DNA from: Podarcis gaigeae
Lineage: Eukaryota
Assembly (NCBI GenBank): GCA_964106915.2
Contig: OZ066914.1
Reading direction: 5' to 3' (one strand)
Length of the DNA stretch: 64,000 nucleotides
The position numbers and the translations under genes were made by a program. The number at the start of each line of letters is the position of its first letter. Within the stretch, counting starts at the first letter, position 1. Under the pieces are notes generated by a model that made no database searches, was not told the origin of the DNA, and was given only the letters and a program-made list of their open reading frames with translations. Below are positions 39,377 to 53,014 of this stretch, in pieces.

Positions 39377-40929
39377 CTGTATTGGGGGAGAAGAGAGATG
39401 AAGTGATAACATGAGGAAAAGGAGCACACTGAAGAAAGAAGGCAGAAGACTTCTGTAAATAGCAGTGGCGACATAACAGTACAAAAATTAGTCAGCAAGC
39501 TGTTGGCTGAGGAAGGCAGAGGGCATGGGTAAGATAAGTGGTGAAAAGGTGAGAGCTGTATTTTACCCGATATTTAGCTTGAAGCATAAAAAGGTGTGTC
39601 AAACTAATAATTCCACACTCTGACCTGCAGAAACATATTTAGCAATTCCATCTCTCCAGAGAAGAACTCACATCTCCTTTCCCTGCATTATATTGCACTT
39701 TCTGACTGTGCTACCAGCTAGACTGCTGCACCACATACATTCCCGCTCCTGTTCTTGTAGCATCTGTTTTTCCTTGCCCATGTGGCACAACTATTCCTTT
39801 CCCATGCATACAGCTTATGCATCACATCCATGCAATAAAATTTGTTGCATAAAAGGTGAGGGGAATCCCTGATCCTGGAAGCAAGTGGAGGGCGGGTGTC
39901 GGTCATTCACAGGTTCTACCTGCCAATACTGTAATCACTGGGCTAATGGAGGTGACTAAGTGTTGTTTGTGACTGAAGGGGCAATTTCCCTTTGTGTACT
40001 TTTGTGTTTTACCCATGTCAAAAGGGCTGTGTGCTGGCTGTGATAGAAGATCTGATCCTATCTGAGGGAGCCCTACAGAATGTGGCTGAAGATGTGGCTG
40101 TGAATTACTTCCAGCCCACTACGCAGAAAGCCTTGCACATTATGTGTGGCAAAGCGGGTAGACTGGGTTCAGTGATGTTCCTGCTGTCACTGTATGTTGA
40201 CTGCAGTTTTCTAAAGTCCAAGCATTAGAAAGAAATGCTAATGTAGCAATTTTGGCAGTCACTCCCCCCAGCAACACTGTTGATGGACTTCGCTGAAATG
40301 GCAAAGATGACGGTGAAGATCAGACACCAAGATGATAAAATAATTATCATGCATGAAAGGCAAGCTGCATGTAGACTGATGCCTTTCTTGCATGGGTACT
40401 GTGGGAACATCAGTGGTGAATTTCATAGTGATTGGTGGGCAGTTGCAGCATCAACCCAAAGGCCCATCTGTTTCTCACAGCAGCCAACCTCTGGAAAGCT
40501 CACAAACAGGACAGGAGGGAAAGAGCTTCCTCCTGCTGTTCCCTAGTGGCTGGCATCCAGAGACACACTTCCTTTGCTCCTGGAGGTAATATATAGCCTT
40601 CATGAATATAGTAACCACTGAGAGCCTTATCATCTGTTGAGAGTTTTATCCTCCGTAGTTTATAATGACTCAATATATAATCTCACAATACTCAGAAGCA
40701 AGTCCTTTTGAATTCAGTGGGGCTTACACCTGGGTTAGTGGGGTTACAATTTCAGCTGTACACTTTTCTCTAAAATGCACATACCTATATTATGAAGTAA
40801 TCTAATGTAGCAAGTGATGATGACCACTATAGAAAATATGGTGATGTCTATATTTTGTCCAATATCAGAGGCAGTATGGTGCTGAATACCACTTACTGGG
40901 GATCACAAATGGGAGAGGGCTACTCATGA

Positions 40930-41056
40930 TAGTTCAGCCAGTTGGACAGGTTTGTGGGTTCAAGCCCCATGTTGGGCAAAAGATTCCTGCATTGCAGGGA
41001 TTGGACTACATGATCCTCAGGGTCCCTTCCAACTCTGCAGTTCTGTGATTCTATGT
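40930..41056 (+). mobile_element. tRNA-derived SINE with CR1-like 3' tail
   Basis: B-box GGTTCAAGCCC; tail ggtcccttccaactct...gattctatg. Confidence 0.7.
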
Positions 41057-41981
41057 TCTGACTGTGAGCTTCCCATTGGCATCTAGTAGACTGTGCTGGA
41101 ATGGAAAGGGCTTTGGTCAGATTCAGCACAGCTGTTACAAAAATGAAAATCTGCAACAGACTAGAAAGAAGGCCTCTGAACTGCAAAATTCCAAAGCAAA
41201 AATCTGAAGTGTACAGAAACATTCTTTCAGAGAGCTGCATCAATTTTTCACTGTCACCTTCAATGTGAATTTATTTTCAGACATGAGAGTGATTTGTGCA
41301 TTTATATCTTGCACATGAAATGTGACAAGCTGTCCCAAGAATTCCAAGTTAGACTTCCATTATAAAATCTCTAACCTCCACCCCCCAAGTTGCAGAAGAT
41401 GACTTAAATGTCAGCGTCCCCACAGGAACATTTTTAGGGGGGAAAGGCAAAAAACAAAAACCCCAATTTACATTTTAATCTAAAAATTTCTGAAGACTGT
41501 GGGTGGCAATATTGATATGTGCAGCCGTTTTAAAAAAAAGAATTCAGCTGGGAGTTATTTGTGATTTGGATCTACTCCAGACTACTGCTTTAACTTCCTA
41601 AATATGGATTTAAAAGAATTTTAAATTCAAAGAACATGGAGGTGAGAATGACATATTGCAGCATTACATAAATACAGAATAAGAAAACTGGACAAGAATA
41701 TATCTCAGGATACTACCTTTGTGAAAGTGGTACTATATTATATATGGTCTATTTTTAATAGTAAAGTAACAATTTAATGCAGATCTAAGAACACTTAATT
41801 TTCTAGTAGATGGTGACCAGCTTCTTTGAATCAAACTGAATCTGTTTCTCGTGTTCCCTTTTTGTTTAATGACTGCCTATCTCCTGAAAACCATACTGTG
41901 CCTGGATACAAAATGAAACATCTAGACTGAACAAACAGAAGTGGCTTCTTAACAGAACCATGGACTTCAAATATCCTTAGA

Positions 41982-42103
41982 GCAAGGATGGAGAACCTGT
42001 GGCCCTCCAGTTGTCAGACTCCAGCTCCCATCAGTCCCAGACAGAATAGCCAAAAGTCAGACTGATGTGAATTGTAGTCTGATGGCATCTGGAGGGCCCC
42101 AGG
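41982..42103. mobile_element. Short palindromic hAT-like MITE (family copies near 42256-42325, 48695-48825, 49865-50000)
   Basis: ggccctccag...ctcccatca...ctggagggcc inverted structure. Confidence 0.65.
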
Positions 42104-42430
42104 TAAGTGTATTGTTTACTTAGATGAGACATGTGTGCTTAGTCTTGGGCATACCTCACCAGTCATTACATCCCTGAAAAATGTCACATAAGAAACACAA
42201 GAAGCATTTATCACTTTGATGTGATGTCTAGCTGCCTAAATACCCCCTTCTAAACCAATGGTGGGGAACCTTTGGCCCTCCAAATGTTGTTGAATGACAA
42301 CTCCCATCATCCCTGACCACAGTATTGGCAGGTTGATTGTTATGAATAAGCAGACAGCTCCCTTTCTTATGAGTGGAGTATCAATACTGTGCACGAGGAT
42401 GAAGCTCTGTCAGCTATGAAGAACAATTAC

Positions 42431-42494
42431 CTGGTTGTCCTGGAATGTTGAAGCGGTACTTTGAGTTGTACTCTGTGGACATGTAGTGAGGTCC
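42431..42494 (-). CDS. PPP1R32: PPP1R32/SAXO4 coding exon 5
   Basis: GPHYMSTEYNSKYRFNIPGQP; cag/gtaatt boundaries. Confidence 0.93.
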
Positions 42495-44828
42495 CTGCAA
42501 ATATGAAAACAGCAGTGGAGAGTAAGACCAAATGCTCCAGATGGAGTCTCCTACTTGCCCTGCCAGTAGAGTTTCCAATGCACTGTTCCACATCCATCCT
42601 ACTTCTCTGTTTAAGGGCAGACCAATTATTCCTGGGGTAACAGTTCTCAGCTTTCCAAAGTTATCTTGCTCTCTCTCATGACTTTATCATTTATCCTTTA
42701 CTGATCCTTATGCCTGGAACTCCCACCTCTCTCACTTCCTGCAAACCCTTCCTCAAAGCCCATGTTTTCTGGGAAGCATTTGGCACAACCCCCTTGCTCC
42801 CCATACACTACTGTAACTAAGACTAAGTAGGCACAATTGGAATAATCTCATATTCCCATGTTTTCCTGTATCGCCATTTCCCTCCACATGGTCTATTCTG
42901 CCCCCATATGTCAATTTCTACATTTTAAGCAGTGATGCAGGGAAACTGGGGGTACAAAACTTACAGCCTCTTTCAGCCAATGAAGTACCAGGGTAATGGA
43001 CACAATCCTTCTTGCTCCGATTCAAGCTTTACTACCATTTGTGACAGATTAGCATTGGAGAAGTCAGAGGATAAGGAAAATAATCAAGGAGAGACTTTTC
43101 TTTGGTGGGGTTCCTAAGCTGCCCTAGCAGTGTGAATAGCAAATGGTGTGGGTGGGTGTGGTGTTTGTTTGTGTGTGTGTGTTTTGCATTTCTAATGAAA
43201 AGCTAAAGATTGCATTTACAAGTTGAACAGGGCTAGTGCCCCACCCATCCTGCCACTGCCACTAGTGTAGCGGTGATGGCAGCGACAGCAGCAGCGACAA
43301 GATCTTGTGGAATCTCACAAAAGTCAATTTCATGCAGTCTGCAATATCTTGCAAGAGCGCCACAAGATCTCATTAGAACCCACCACCGTCTCTGATGCTT
43401 TGTGGGCACCACTGCACAACCTAAGTAAGAGAGGCTTTGACAGGGGAGGTTTCAGTGACAGGGTGGCATCTTCCTGTTTCCCTTCAGGCAGCAAAACACC
43501 CCTAAATTCAACCTATGCATCCAGCATAAGAATTGCTGAGTTCAATGGAGCTTACTCCAGGTAACTGTGTGTTGGATTGAAGTCATGTTATATGGCTGAT
43601 CAGAGATGTGAACCCAGGTTTCACCAGCCAAATTCTGACATGTTAACCAATATGCCAGGTATCTTCAACCTTTTCAGTACCCAGGACCCCCTTTTAATCC
43701 AAACTTGCATTTGGGGATCCATTTCTTAAATCTCTAACATATGTTTGCGTGGTAGTAGTGCTCCTGTTATGACCCACTTTTGATCAGGCCGTGCCCCATG
43801 AATGGGTCCCGACCCACCAGGTAAAGGACCAGTGTGCTATACCATCCCTTGTCAATTCACTATTCTAGGACTGCATTTTATTCTGTCACACTTTCCCCCC
43901 TCTCCCATACATACCACCTTAGGATGACATCATGCTTGTTCATAGCTCAATGATTGAAATGTTGAGTGATGACTTGTAGGTGTGAAACAACCTTCACAGA
44001 TCAAAGAATGCAGACTGGAGCTTTCCTATTAGCTCACATCACCACAGACAATACTTTTCTATGGAGGCAATTCACACCTTCTGGTGCAAGTCATCAGGCA
44101 AGGAGACAGGCATATGTGAATCAAGCTTTAGATCAGGAGTGAAAATGAGGACTATGGGGATAAAATCGGATCACTTTCTATATGGAAAGGTCCTTGGTTT
44201 TGCAGTAACCCAGGAAAGTCAAGCTTTTCCTGCCAATACTTTCACTGTATGCTAAAATATTGGTTTTCAACAAGTTTGCTGTGAGCAGCAGTGCAACCAC
44301 AATTTTAAAAATATTTTTCCCCATTGCGGATTATGAGGACACGAGCAGGGAAAGTCATGCATAAAATGGAAACTCCCCTTTTATTTTACTGCATCTGGTG
44401 GTGGATATAAGAGGCAAATCTAGGACCCTGGATTCAACACTGGCCAACCAGATGCCTATGAGAAGCCCAACACCAGGACCAGAGTGCAACAGCACTCTCT
44501 CTATTTGTGATTCCCAGCAAATGGTATTGAGAGGCATACTGTCTCTGATAACTGAGGTAGTACATAGCCATCAGGACTGGTAGCAGCCATTGACAGCCTT
44601 ATCCTCCATGGCTTTTTCTAATCTCCTTTTGAGGCTGTCCAAATTGGCAGTCGTCACTACATCTTATACAGTAGGAGCAAGTTCAATAGCTTACGCACTG
44701 TGTGAAGAAGCCAGACCTTCTGGCCCTGAGTTCTAAGGAAAAATCCCCTTTATACCTCTTCTGTGATCAGGTACTGCCTGAGCTACAGTCAAATGAGGAA
44801 GGGCCCATTGAACTAGCAGCTGACTCAC

Positions 44829-44957
44829 ATGTCTGGCATGTTCCACATCGACAGAACCTCTTCCATACAACTTGTGCAGGTCAGGGGTATGTTTAGGCTC
44901 CAACCCTGATATAGCTTGGGCTCCCTGGTCTGCTGTGTCAAAATGGACTTTCTTGAC
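44829..44957 (-). CDS. PPP1R32: PPP1R32/SAXO4 coding exon 4
   Basis: VKKVHFDTADQGAQAISGLEPK...EHARH; cag/gtgagt boundaries. Confidence 0.95.
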
Positions 44958-46834
44958 CTGCAAAATGAAGCCCAGCTTGCAATTTGGAAAGTTAAGTATG
45001 AATACCACAAATACCAGAACTGAAGTGATACTGTTCAGGGCTATTGTTGAGAAAGGAGGGGAAAGAACAGTCAAAGGAGAGCAGGAAAATGCATATATAA
45101 CATCTTGTATCTGTCCCCTTCTCAGCAGTGGTAAGGAGTCATCTTCTTCATGGCTGAGCCCTTGATCACAGCTCTAATTAAAACATTAGGAAGCCAGTGA
45201 GGTCAATCAGTGAAGCTACAAGGCTTCATGCTCCCATATCTCATTCATTTCTTCTTTTTCCTATACACTCCAAACAAAATAATTAGAATTTCAGCTTATG
45301 TCTTTCCAACAGAATAAAGGTTTTAATCTTTCCTGTGGCAGTGAATGCAGTGAACATGATTACAGTGGGGGGGGCGGGGCGGGTTGTTCTGAAAGCCTAC
45401 AATATAGAAGGCAAATCAAAAGAGAGACACTTTGCTTTTAGTATTCACACAACTGTAAAGCAATTCTGAAATTATAGAGGAGCCGGGTTTGGCAGATACT
45501 AGGGCTCAGTCCTACTGCACACTTTCCAAGTCTCAATCCCTCACACAGCTAAAACCTGTTCTCAACACAGTGTCTGGGTTTAAAAGGAAGTGATCCTTGT
45601 TCAAATGCCTCTTTTCTACCACAACATGTTCCACTTGGTATATAATCCAGGTCACAATCATATTGGCATGCACACACATACACCAGCAGCAGCTCTCCTT
45701 AGCTCCATCCTGCACTTAATTAGAACAATTCATTAATGAGTCCCAGTACTTTAGGTGCAGAACTGCCAACTGGACATTATTTTACTGATATGTCTAGTAA
45801 AAGCATATTCTGGTAGGTAAACAGTATATAGGCTTCTGAAAACCCCACTAATCTGTCTCAACAAAACCCCAGGCTATCAAGCTTCACCCGTGATCACTAG
45901 TCTATGTAGCAAGCCTCATATGTGACTCAGGAATGTCCACTCTGACTCTCAAAGACTATGAATGGATCACTAATACTAATGTACATTATGCACTCCTGCC
46001 CCATAACCATCCATATTCCAAACCTTAACTTACTTACGTGGTGCCTTTATCTATAAACGTATCACATCACAGCACAACTTTATGGGCATTTACTCAGAAG
46101 CAAGTTCTACTGTGTTTAATGGGGCTAGTAAGCATATTTAAACTGAGCAGAGTATGACTTAATTCTGAACACCAGCATTTATGGGATTGCACTGCACCTA
46201 CTGACTTCTTTCTAGGTCCTTGTACCATCAAAATGTAACTCCTCTTCACATCTTGTATTTTTGAAGCTCTGTTCGTTTTGGATCCTCACATACACTTGCC
46301 AGATCACATCAATTTATGCATCCTGGTTTTTGTGTTTTGCCCTGCATCACAATAGATACTCTTAGACCTTGTGGATATATAGAGAGAAGCCTGGGAATGG
46401 AATGATTCCTAATTGCTCAGAATTTAGTCTTGCAAAACATCCTCCTTCCACACATGCACTGCCACAGTTTTGTGCTAGATACATCGGATTGAAATTCACA
46501 ATGCAGGTGATTCATGTATGTATTATTAGTTATGGTAACTATCAGGCACATGGCCCCTTTAAGAGAAAAAGCTATGACCCAGGATGCAGGCTCTTGGAGA
46601 GCTGACTCAGAAGGATGGAGAAGCTGCTCGAATCAAGGCCTTGCCACTTGCTAGATGGATGTCGGACTTTGAGCTGCCTCATTGCTGAAGCTCCAAGCTC
46701 CAGCCTTCCTGAACTGAAGAAGCAGCCCAAGCCATTATTAATGGCACTAGGTGATAATCTTGGCACATTACAAGCATGTTCAATAGCACAACAATACACT
46801 GCGCAGAGGCAAATCCCAGGTTTGGGATACTTAC

Positions 46835-46988
46835 CTCTTTAGTGGTGGGGACAGAAAGAGGTTTTTCTCGAACATACCCACTCCCTGGCTGGTACACACT
46901 CCAGGGAAGAGGATATTTCCCATCTGGGAGCTCAAGAGGCTGGAAGTGCTTGGTTGTTGTCGATTCATAATTGTCCTGAAGGAGCTTC
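46835..46988 (-). CDS. PPP1R32: PPP1R32/SAXO4 coding exon 3
   Basis: KLLQDNYES...PLELPDGKYPLPWS...SGYVREKP..PTTKE; cag/gtaagt boundaries. Confidence 0.95.
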
Positions 46989-47021
46989 CTGGTTTCGGAG
47001 AAAATAATAAGCATGAGAGAC

Positions 47022-47068
<47 letters not shown>

Positions 47069-47170
47069 TTATACCCTACCCATCTGGCTGGGTTTCCCCA
47101 GCCACTCTGGGTGACTTCCAACAGAATATTAAAATACAATAGTCTATTAAACATTAAAAGCTTCCCTAAA
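47022..47170 (-). mobile_element. L2 3'-end fragment with (AAT)n tail
   Basis: Same terminus as 15603-16095; (AAT)n at 47022-47068. Confidence 0.8.
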
Positions 47171-47315
47171 TACACAGCATCTGAACTTAAGAGACACAGT
47201 GGCTTTTAATCAGGTTATGTTTAGGCATGTTAGAATTGTGCTCTAAAGACAGCCATGCTTTCTATCTCCTAAAGTGATGCGTTAGTCTAGGCAACCCAAA
47301 AGGTCACTGTCTTTG

Positions 47316-48503
47316 TGTTGGAAAGTAAAACCCCCAGGTGGTTATCACCAATGGAAGCTAAGGCAGTGAAAAAACTTAACATGGACACCAATTGGTCAAA
47401 ATATTGTGAAATCTTAGAACAAGATGGTGAAAAGCTTAAACTTAAGAGTTATGATAAGCTAAAGCATAAAGTCCGAGATTGGTTACATTATCATCAGATA
47501 AATGAGGTATTTAAGCAAGACAGGAAAGTAGGATTCCAGAAGGAGAGGTCGAAGTTAGAAACAGAATTGTTAGAACCCAATACTAAGAATTTGTCTAGAA
47601 TGTATAACTTGCTGCTGAAATGGAATACACAGGAAGAAACGGTTAAATCAGCTATGATTAAATGGGCACAGGATATCGGTTATGACATTATGTTCGCTGA
47701 CTGGGAGCAGTTATGGACCACTGGTATAAAATTTACGGCATGTAGTGCCTTAAAAGAGAACATAATGAAAATGATCTATAGGTGGTACATGACACCAGTC
47801 AAGCTTGCAAAAATCTATCACTTGCCCAATAACAAATGCTGGAAATGTAATGAGTCTGAAGGAACCTTTTACCACCTTTGGTGGACCTGCCCAAGGATTA
47901 AGGCCTACTGGGAAATGATCTATAATGAACTTAAGAAAGTCCTTAAGTGGACCTTTTCAAAGAAGCCGGAGGCCTTTCTCCTGGGTATGGTTGGCCAACT
48001 GGTACCAAAAAAGGATAGGACATTTTTTATGTATGCAACTACAGCGGCAAGAATTCTTTTGGCAAAGTATTGGAAGACGCAAGAACTACCCACTCTGGAA
48101 GAATGGCAGATGGAGGTGACTGAATTTATGGGACTGGCGGAGATGACCGGCAGAATTCGTGACCAGAGGAAAGAGACAGTGGAGGAGGACTGGAAAAAAT
48201 TTAAATTATATCTTAAAAACTGTTGTAAGATTGTGGACTGTTAAGATGTCAGGGGGTAAGAAACAGAGAATTACAGCTGTAAATAATAATGTTAAGAAAT
48301 TTGAGAGAGATACAAATAGAAAAAAGGACTAAAGGGTTGCTAAAAAATTGCAAAACAAGGATGCAGTGTAAGGGAGGTATGGGGAAGTCACACTTTTTGT
48401 GTTTTGTATATGTCTATTTCTTTTCTTTCTTTTTTTTTGTGTGTTGTTGTTTTCTTTTTCGTCTTTTGTTGGCTGTGAAAATTAATAAAAAATATTTAAA
48501 AAA
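47316..48503 (+). mobile_element. 5'-truncated young L1/Tx1-clade LINE with intact ORF2 C-terminus
   Basis: Uninterrupted ~309-codon frame with CWKC...HLWWTC zinc knuckle; stop at 48244; AATAAA and A-rich tail; perfect TSD CAAAAGGTCACTGTCTTTG (47297-47315, 48504-48522). Confidence 0.95.
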
Positions 48504-48903
48504 CAAAAGGTCACTGTCTTTGGTCCTTCCAGCCATCTACACTGCATTCATTATGGATACCACGGTGAAGTGCCAAATGCAACTGCCTTGCCATAGTCTT
48601 TGTTATTATGCTTTGAGGGAGTACAAGTAAAGCAAATGCAAGCATGTCACTGACTCAGAGGTGACATGAGCATTATGAGGATGTGATTATGTTTCACAGC
48701 TTTCCCCAATCTGGTACCCTCAAAATGCTCTGGGCTACAGCTCCCACCTGCCAGAACCAGCACAGCCAATCATCAAGGGTGGTAAGAGCTGGAGCCCAAA
48801 ACGTCTGCAGGGCAGCGGGTTGGGTGGTATGCAAACCACAAGACAGTTTCCCTGTTCTGAACCATCCCAGTTAATTTCCACAAAGTATACGACCAATACC
48901 TAC

Positions 48904-49021
48904 CCCACAGTTGGATTATCTAATTTGTCTAGGCTTGGCTTGTAGTGGACAACGGGACGGTAATTGGTTTTATATCCTGCTCCAGAGTGGATGCTAGTCC
49001 GAGGACGAAACCCTGCTTGAC
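48904..49021 (-). CDS. PPP1R32: PPP1R32/SAXO4 coding exon 2
   Basis: G-QAGFRPRTSIHSGAGYKTNYRPVVHYKPSLDKLDNPTV-G; cag/gtaggt boundaries. Confidence 0.93.
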
Positions 49022-49160
49022 CTGGCAAAGGAAAGGGAGACAATGGCAGATTTGTATTGCCTATTTATATCTTCACTTACTTACTGCATTTATAAAGCAC
49101 CATTTTCCCACTGCACACTCAATACAGTTTACAATATAAAGTAATAACTAATTGTCAATT

Positions 49161-49310
49161 CAGGTAGGTAGCCGTGTTGGTCTGACACAGTTGGGGGAAA
49201 ATAAATTGTCCAGTAGGACCTTATAGACCAACTAAATTTGTTCTGGTATAAGCTTTTGTGTGCATGCACCAGAATAAACTTAGTTGGTCTATAAGGTGCA
49301 CCTGGACCAT
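49161..49310. mobile_element. Penelope-like element terminal remnant with inverted duplication
   Basis: caggtaggtagccgtgttggtct and gtccagtag.accttatagaccaac...taagctt.tgtgtgcatgcac motifs; 40-bp inverted repeat. Confidence 0.65.
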
Positions 49311-50659
49311 TTTTTTAAAACAAACTTTTTAAAATCTAATTGTCATGACACAGAAGGAAAGATGGGGAAGGAAAAGGAAAACCAAGCAAATTTGAGTATA
49401 CTAACTCTTGCATGATTGGAGCAAGGTTTTACATAATGTTCAGGTGGGATGATCACTACAGCAGAGGAGTGGAGGAGCTTCATGGTACAGTAGTTGACCC
49501 CAACCGAATCAAGAGAGATGCCGTGGGGCCTCCCTTTGGAGCAGCTGCAAATAGCGGCTGTTCCAGGAGGACAGGAACCAAATGGTAGTTTGTCTCAGCT
49601 AGGCTGATAAAGGGGTCCTCACCTTTTCCCCTAATGCACCCCGTATGATGGCTCCAGATGGAAGCTACTCTGGTAGGGAAAAAGGCAAAAGGGAATTGGT
49701 GCCAGCCAAGCTGACGGAGGGGGCCTCACTGTCATTTCTCTCGCTACAAGAATCAGTTCTGGAGGATGGAAGCTTCGTGCTGGTTAGAAGGTGGGAAGGG
49801 ATGGGGTTTCTCCAAGAACGTTCTTGTAATCTTTGGTGCTTTGGCCTATGATAATATCTAAGCTTCAAGCTGGGGCTGGGGAACTGGTGGCTCTCCAGAC
49901 ATTGTTGGATTACAACTCCCATGATCCCTGGATATTGGCCATGCAAACTGGAGCTGATAGGAGCCCAACAACATCTGGAGGGCACAGGTACCTCAGCCCT
50001 GGCTGTGGTAAGGGGTTCTGACATGAAATGTGTCTAACTCGAGGCATCCCTGTTACATGTGTGCCCAGCGCATGCATATCTACCGTGTTGTCAAATTGGG
50101 GCACAATGCTGATTTAGTAGGAAGCAGCAGCAATAGTGGGACATGGATGGGCCTAACTCAAGTGATCCTGTTGTTTCAACAGGGACATGTTTCACTGTTT
50201 CCAACTGAGTTAAAATAGGAAATTACAGTACTGCAGACACTGCCTATAACAGAATGTAAGCAGCTTGGGAACCAGCCAGGGGCAAAGCACTTTGAGATAA
50301 AGAACACAACCTGTGCATAGATATGCCTGGGAGAAAAGTTACTGTATATCTCAGGTGAATTTCACTCCAAACCTTGAGATACATGGGAGGTAGCAGCATA
50401 AGCAAACTGCCTAGAAAAGTCCATTGAGCTCAGTGGCTCCCTGAGCAAACATGTTTAGAACTGAGTTGTTTGTTCTGGGTACATTCAGATGCAACACTCT
50501 AAAGGGCTTCTTGCTTCACACAACCTTCCAATGCTTGCAGCAAACTTTTCATCCAAACATGGTTTGTGCTTGCTTGAAAAACCAGGATCAGACAAGCCTT
50601 GGGTTTCGGTTCAGTGCACATTGTAGTTTGCTACTTAATTTCTTTTTTTGAAATAATTT

Positions 50660-51180
50660 TTATTTGATTTTACGAATGCAAATTAATTACAATGCCAAAT
50701 ACATATCCATAAAGAGATATTTCTCTGAATCTCGCAACTTCCCCCCATGGGTCCTAATGTCAAAAATCCCAACTGCATATTATTTCATAGTCTTATGTTT
50801 TATATCTATCCATATTGTCCATAATATTTGTTACATTACAAGTGGGGTTAAAACCCTGCCAATGTTTTCATCTGCTTACAGTGGTCTCCTAAATAAATTA
50901 TTAACTTTTCACATTCTTTCTTGGATTTCTTGTCTTCTTGGTCTCTGAGTTTCCCAGTCAGTTTTGCCATTTCAGCTGAGTCTCACAGCTTAGTTTGCTA
51001 GTCCTCTCTGGTAGGAACTCTTCCTTCTTTCCATCTCTGGGCTAGTAGCATCCGTGCTGCTGTTGTCGCATACATGAAAGTCTTTCCTGTTCCTTTGGAA
51101 TGTCGGTACCTATAATTCCTAATAAATAGGCTTCTGGTTTTTTAACAAAAGCTTTCAATTTATTTTGCATGGGTTCCCAA
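50660..51180 (-). mobile_element. Older L1/Tx1-like LINE 3' fragment
   Basis: FMYATTAARMLLAQRWKEGRVPTRED*, homologous to the 47316 element (FMYATTAARILLAKYWK). Confidence 0.8.
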
Positions 51181-51354
51181 TAATCAAGAATCAAAAGTTA
51201 CTAAATGTGGCACATGTTGGAAGCTTGAATCTCATTATTGCAACAACAAACCAGGGATTAGAATTACAGTATGCCTGAACAGCCTACCATCCTTTTGGGT
51301 AGTAAACTAGCCACAGATAAAATAAATCCCTTCCCTTATTGAAGACGTCCTTAC

Positions 51355-51460
51355 CATAAGCTGTGCCATAGCTGGTACAGTAGAATTTCATGGGGTCCAT
51401 ACACCCACCAGAGCTAGTTTTTACATAGGGAGAAACAATCCCCAGGGGGAGACGACCCAT
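51355..51460 (-). CDS. PPP1R32: PPP1R32/SAXO4 first coding exon (acceptor at 51466, exon starts 51465)
   Basis: MGRLPLGIVSPYVKTSSGGCMDPMKFYCTSYGTAY-G matches the PPP1R32 N-terminus; gtaagg donor. Confidence 0.95.
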
Positions 51461-52940
51461 CTTCTCTGAAGATACAGAGGTGGATTTACTGATGAAAGGT
51501 TTCCCTGGAGGAATAGAAATGGAAGATGATTGACCACTAATCATTCTGGATAGCAGGAATGCTGTTCAGCCTCTGGATAAAGAAATCAGTCTGACTTGAA
51601 GCAACTGTTCATCTGCATTGTGTGCATGTCTCCTTAGAAACAGTGAGGTCACACACACAGCATTGTGATGTCACAGACTCAGGATTTTTAATGGGGGCTA
51701 ATGATACAAACCCGGTCATTCGTGGTCTTAATACATCAGGGTCAGGTCTTAAACGCTCCTTATTGGTTGCAGGTGCACTGTGGCTCAAGTGAAGCAATAG
51801 AACCAACTCCTTCCACAAAAATGGAGATACAGTACCAGAATATACCATTTTACCTGAAGATTGTAAAAATATTCAACCTTGCTATTCTGTTCCAATTGGC
51901 AAGTAAGACACCCTCAGGGAAATCCCTGTTGAAATGGAGGTGAACCACACAAGAGTAGGGTGGCACTTTTCCTTTTTATAGAGGCTTTTAGAGAAAAGCT
52001 TCCAGAAGGATTTGAAACACTGAAGATCAGGTAAAATGTTCAGGGATCTCCCAGTACTGGGTGGGTGGGTGTGAGTGTCCTTTCTTCTATGAATCAGGAA
52101 CCAGTTCGTATGATAGTCCCCACCCCATGCTGTAGCACATGGATTCTGCACACTCCACACAAAGCACTAGCTAATCTGTACCCCTCCCACAATTTCTGCC
52201 TGTCCTTTTTCTAGAACTCTTCTATTGCATCTTTCTTGCTGTTCTTCTGCTGTCAATATAGGAGTGCTTGTGGTGATTGTAGCACTGCACTATTATCAAC
52301 ATGTTTTCAATCTATCCACCTCACATTTACAATAACCTCTGAGTGGGAAATTGTTATGCTCCATATTCGTTTCCAAACCTCCATTTTGTGTCCATTGGTG
52401 AGCAGCTGTGACGAACCACTTTTTCTTATTTTTCCTTCATAAATTCAACTGCTTTGTTGTGAAGTACCACAGAGAACTTTCCATTTTAATTTTCTCCACC
52501 CTCCCAACACACCTGAAGTGCTATACATGTCTTGACAAAATATATGGCACCTGTTAATAGGTCAGTTGAGAGGCCACCTTACTTCTTATATACATAGCAG
52601 ATTATTGTGTTCTGCAGGAGTCTCCCTCAAGTTCCAAAGATCTTAGAATCCCAGTTAACAGTAGCTCAGAGGAAGGCTTTCAGTGCTGCTGCCCCTGTTC
52701 TGTAGAACAGCATTTCTGTCAAGATATGGCAGAGGCCATTTTTTGCACATTCCAGAAACAATTGAAAATATGTTTGTTTTGTTGGAGAAATTTCTCACAG
52801 ACAATTTAACCAAGCTTTCCCAGCTGGCTGAAGAGGCCTCTCTCTGCCTTAGATTTAAAAGCAATATGAGTGAATACCTCTCTCTAGGGGTTTTTTTCAT
52901 TGTTAGTTTTAAAAGCAATTTTTAGCTGTTTTTATTATAT

Positions 52941-52965
52941 CCTGCATTGCAAGGGGTTGGACTCA

Positions 52966-53014
<49 letters not shown>

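Noticed and set aside
47315-48244. 309-aa ORF as a host gene
   Set aside because: It is a LINE ORF2 C-terminus bounded by TSDs and lacks an initiating ATG at the truncation point.
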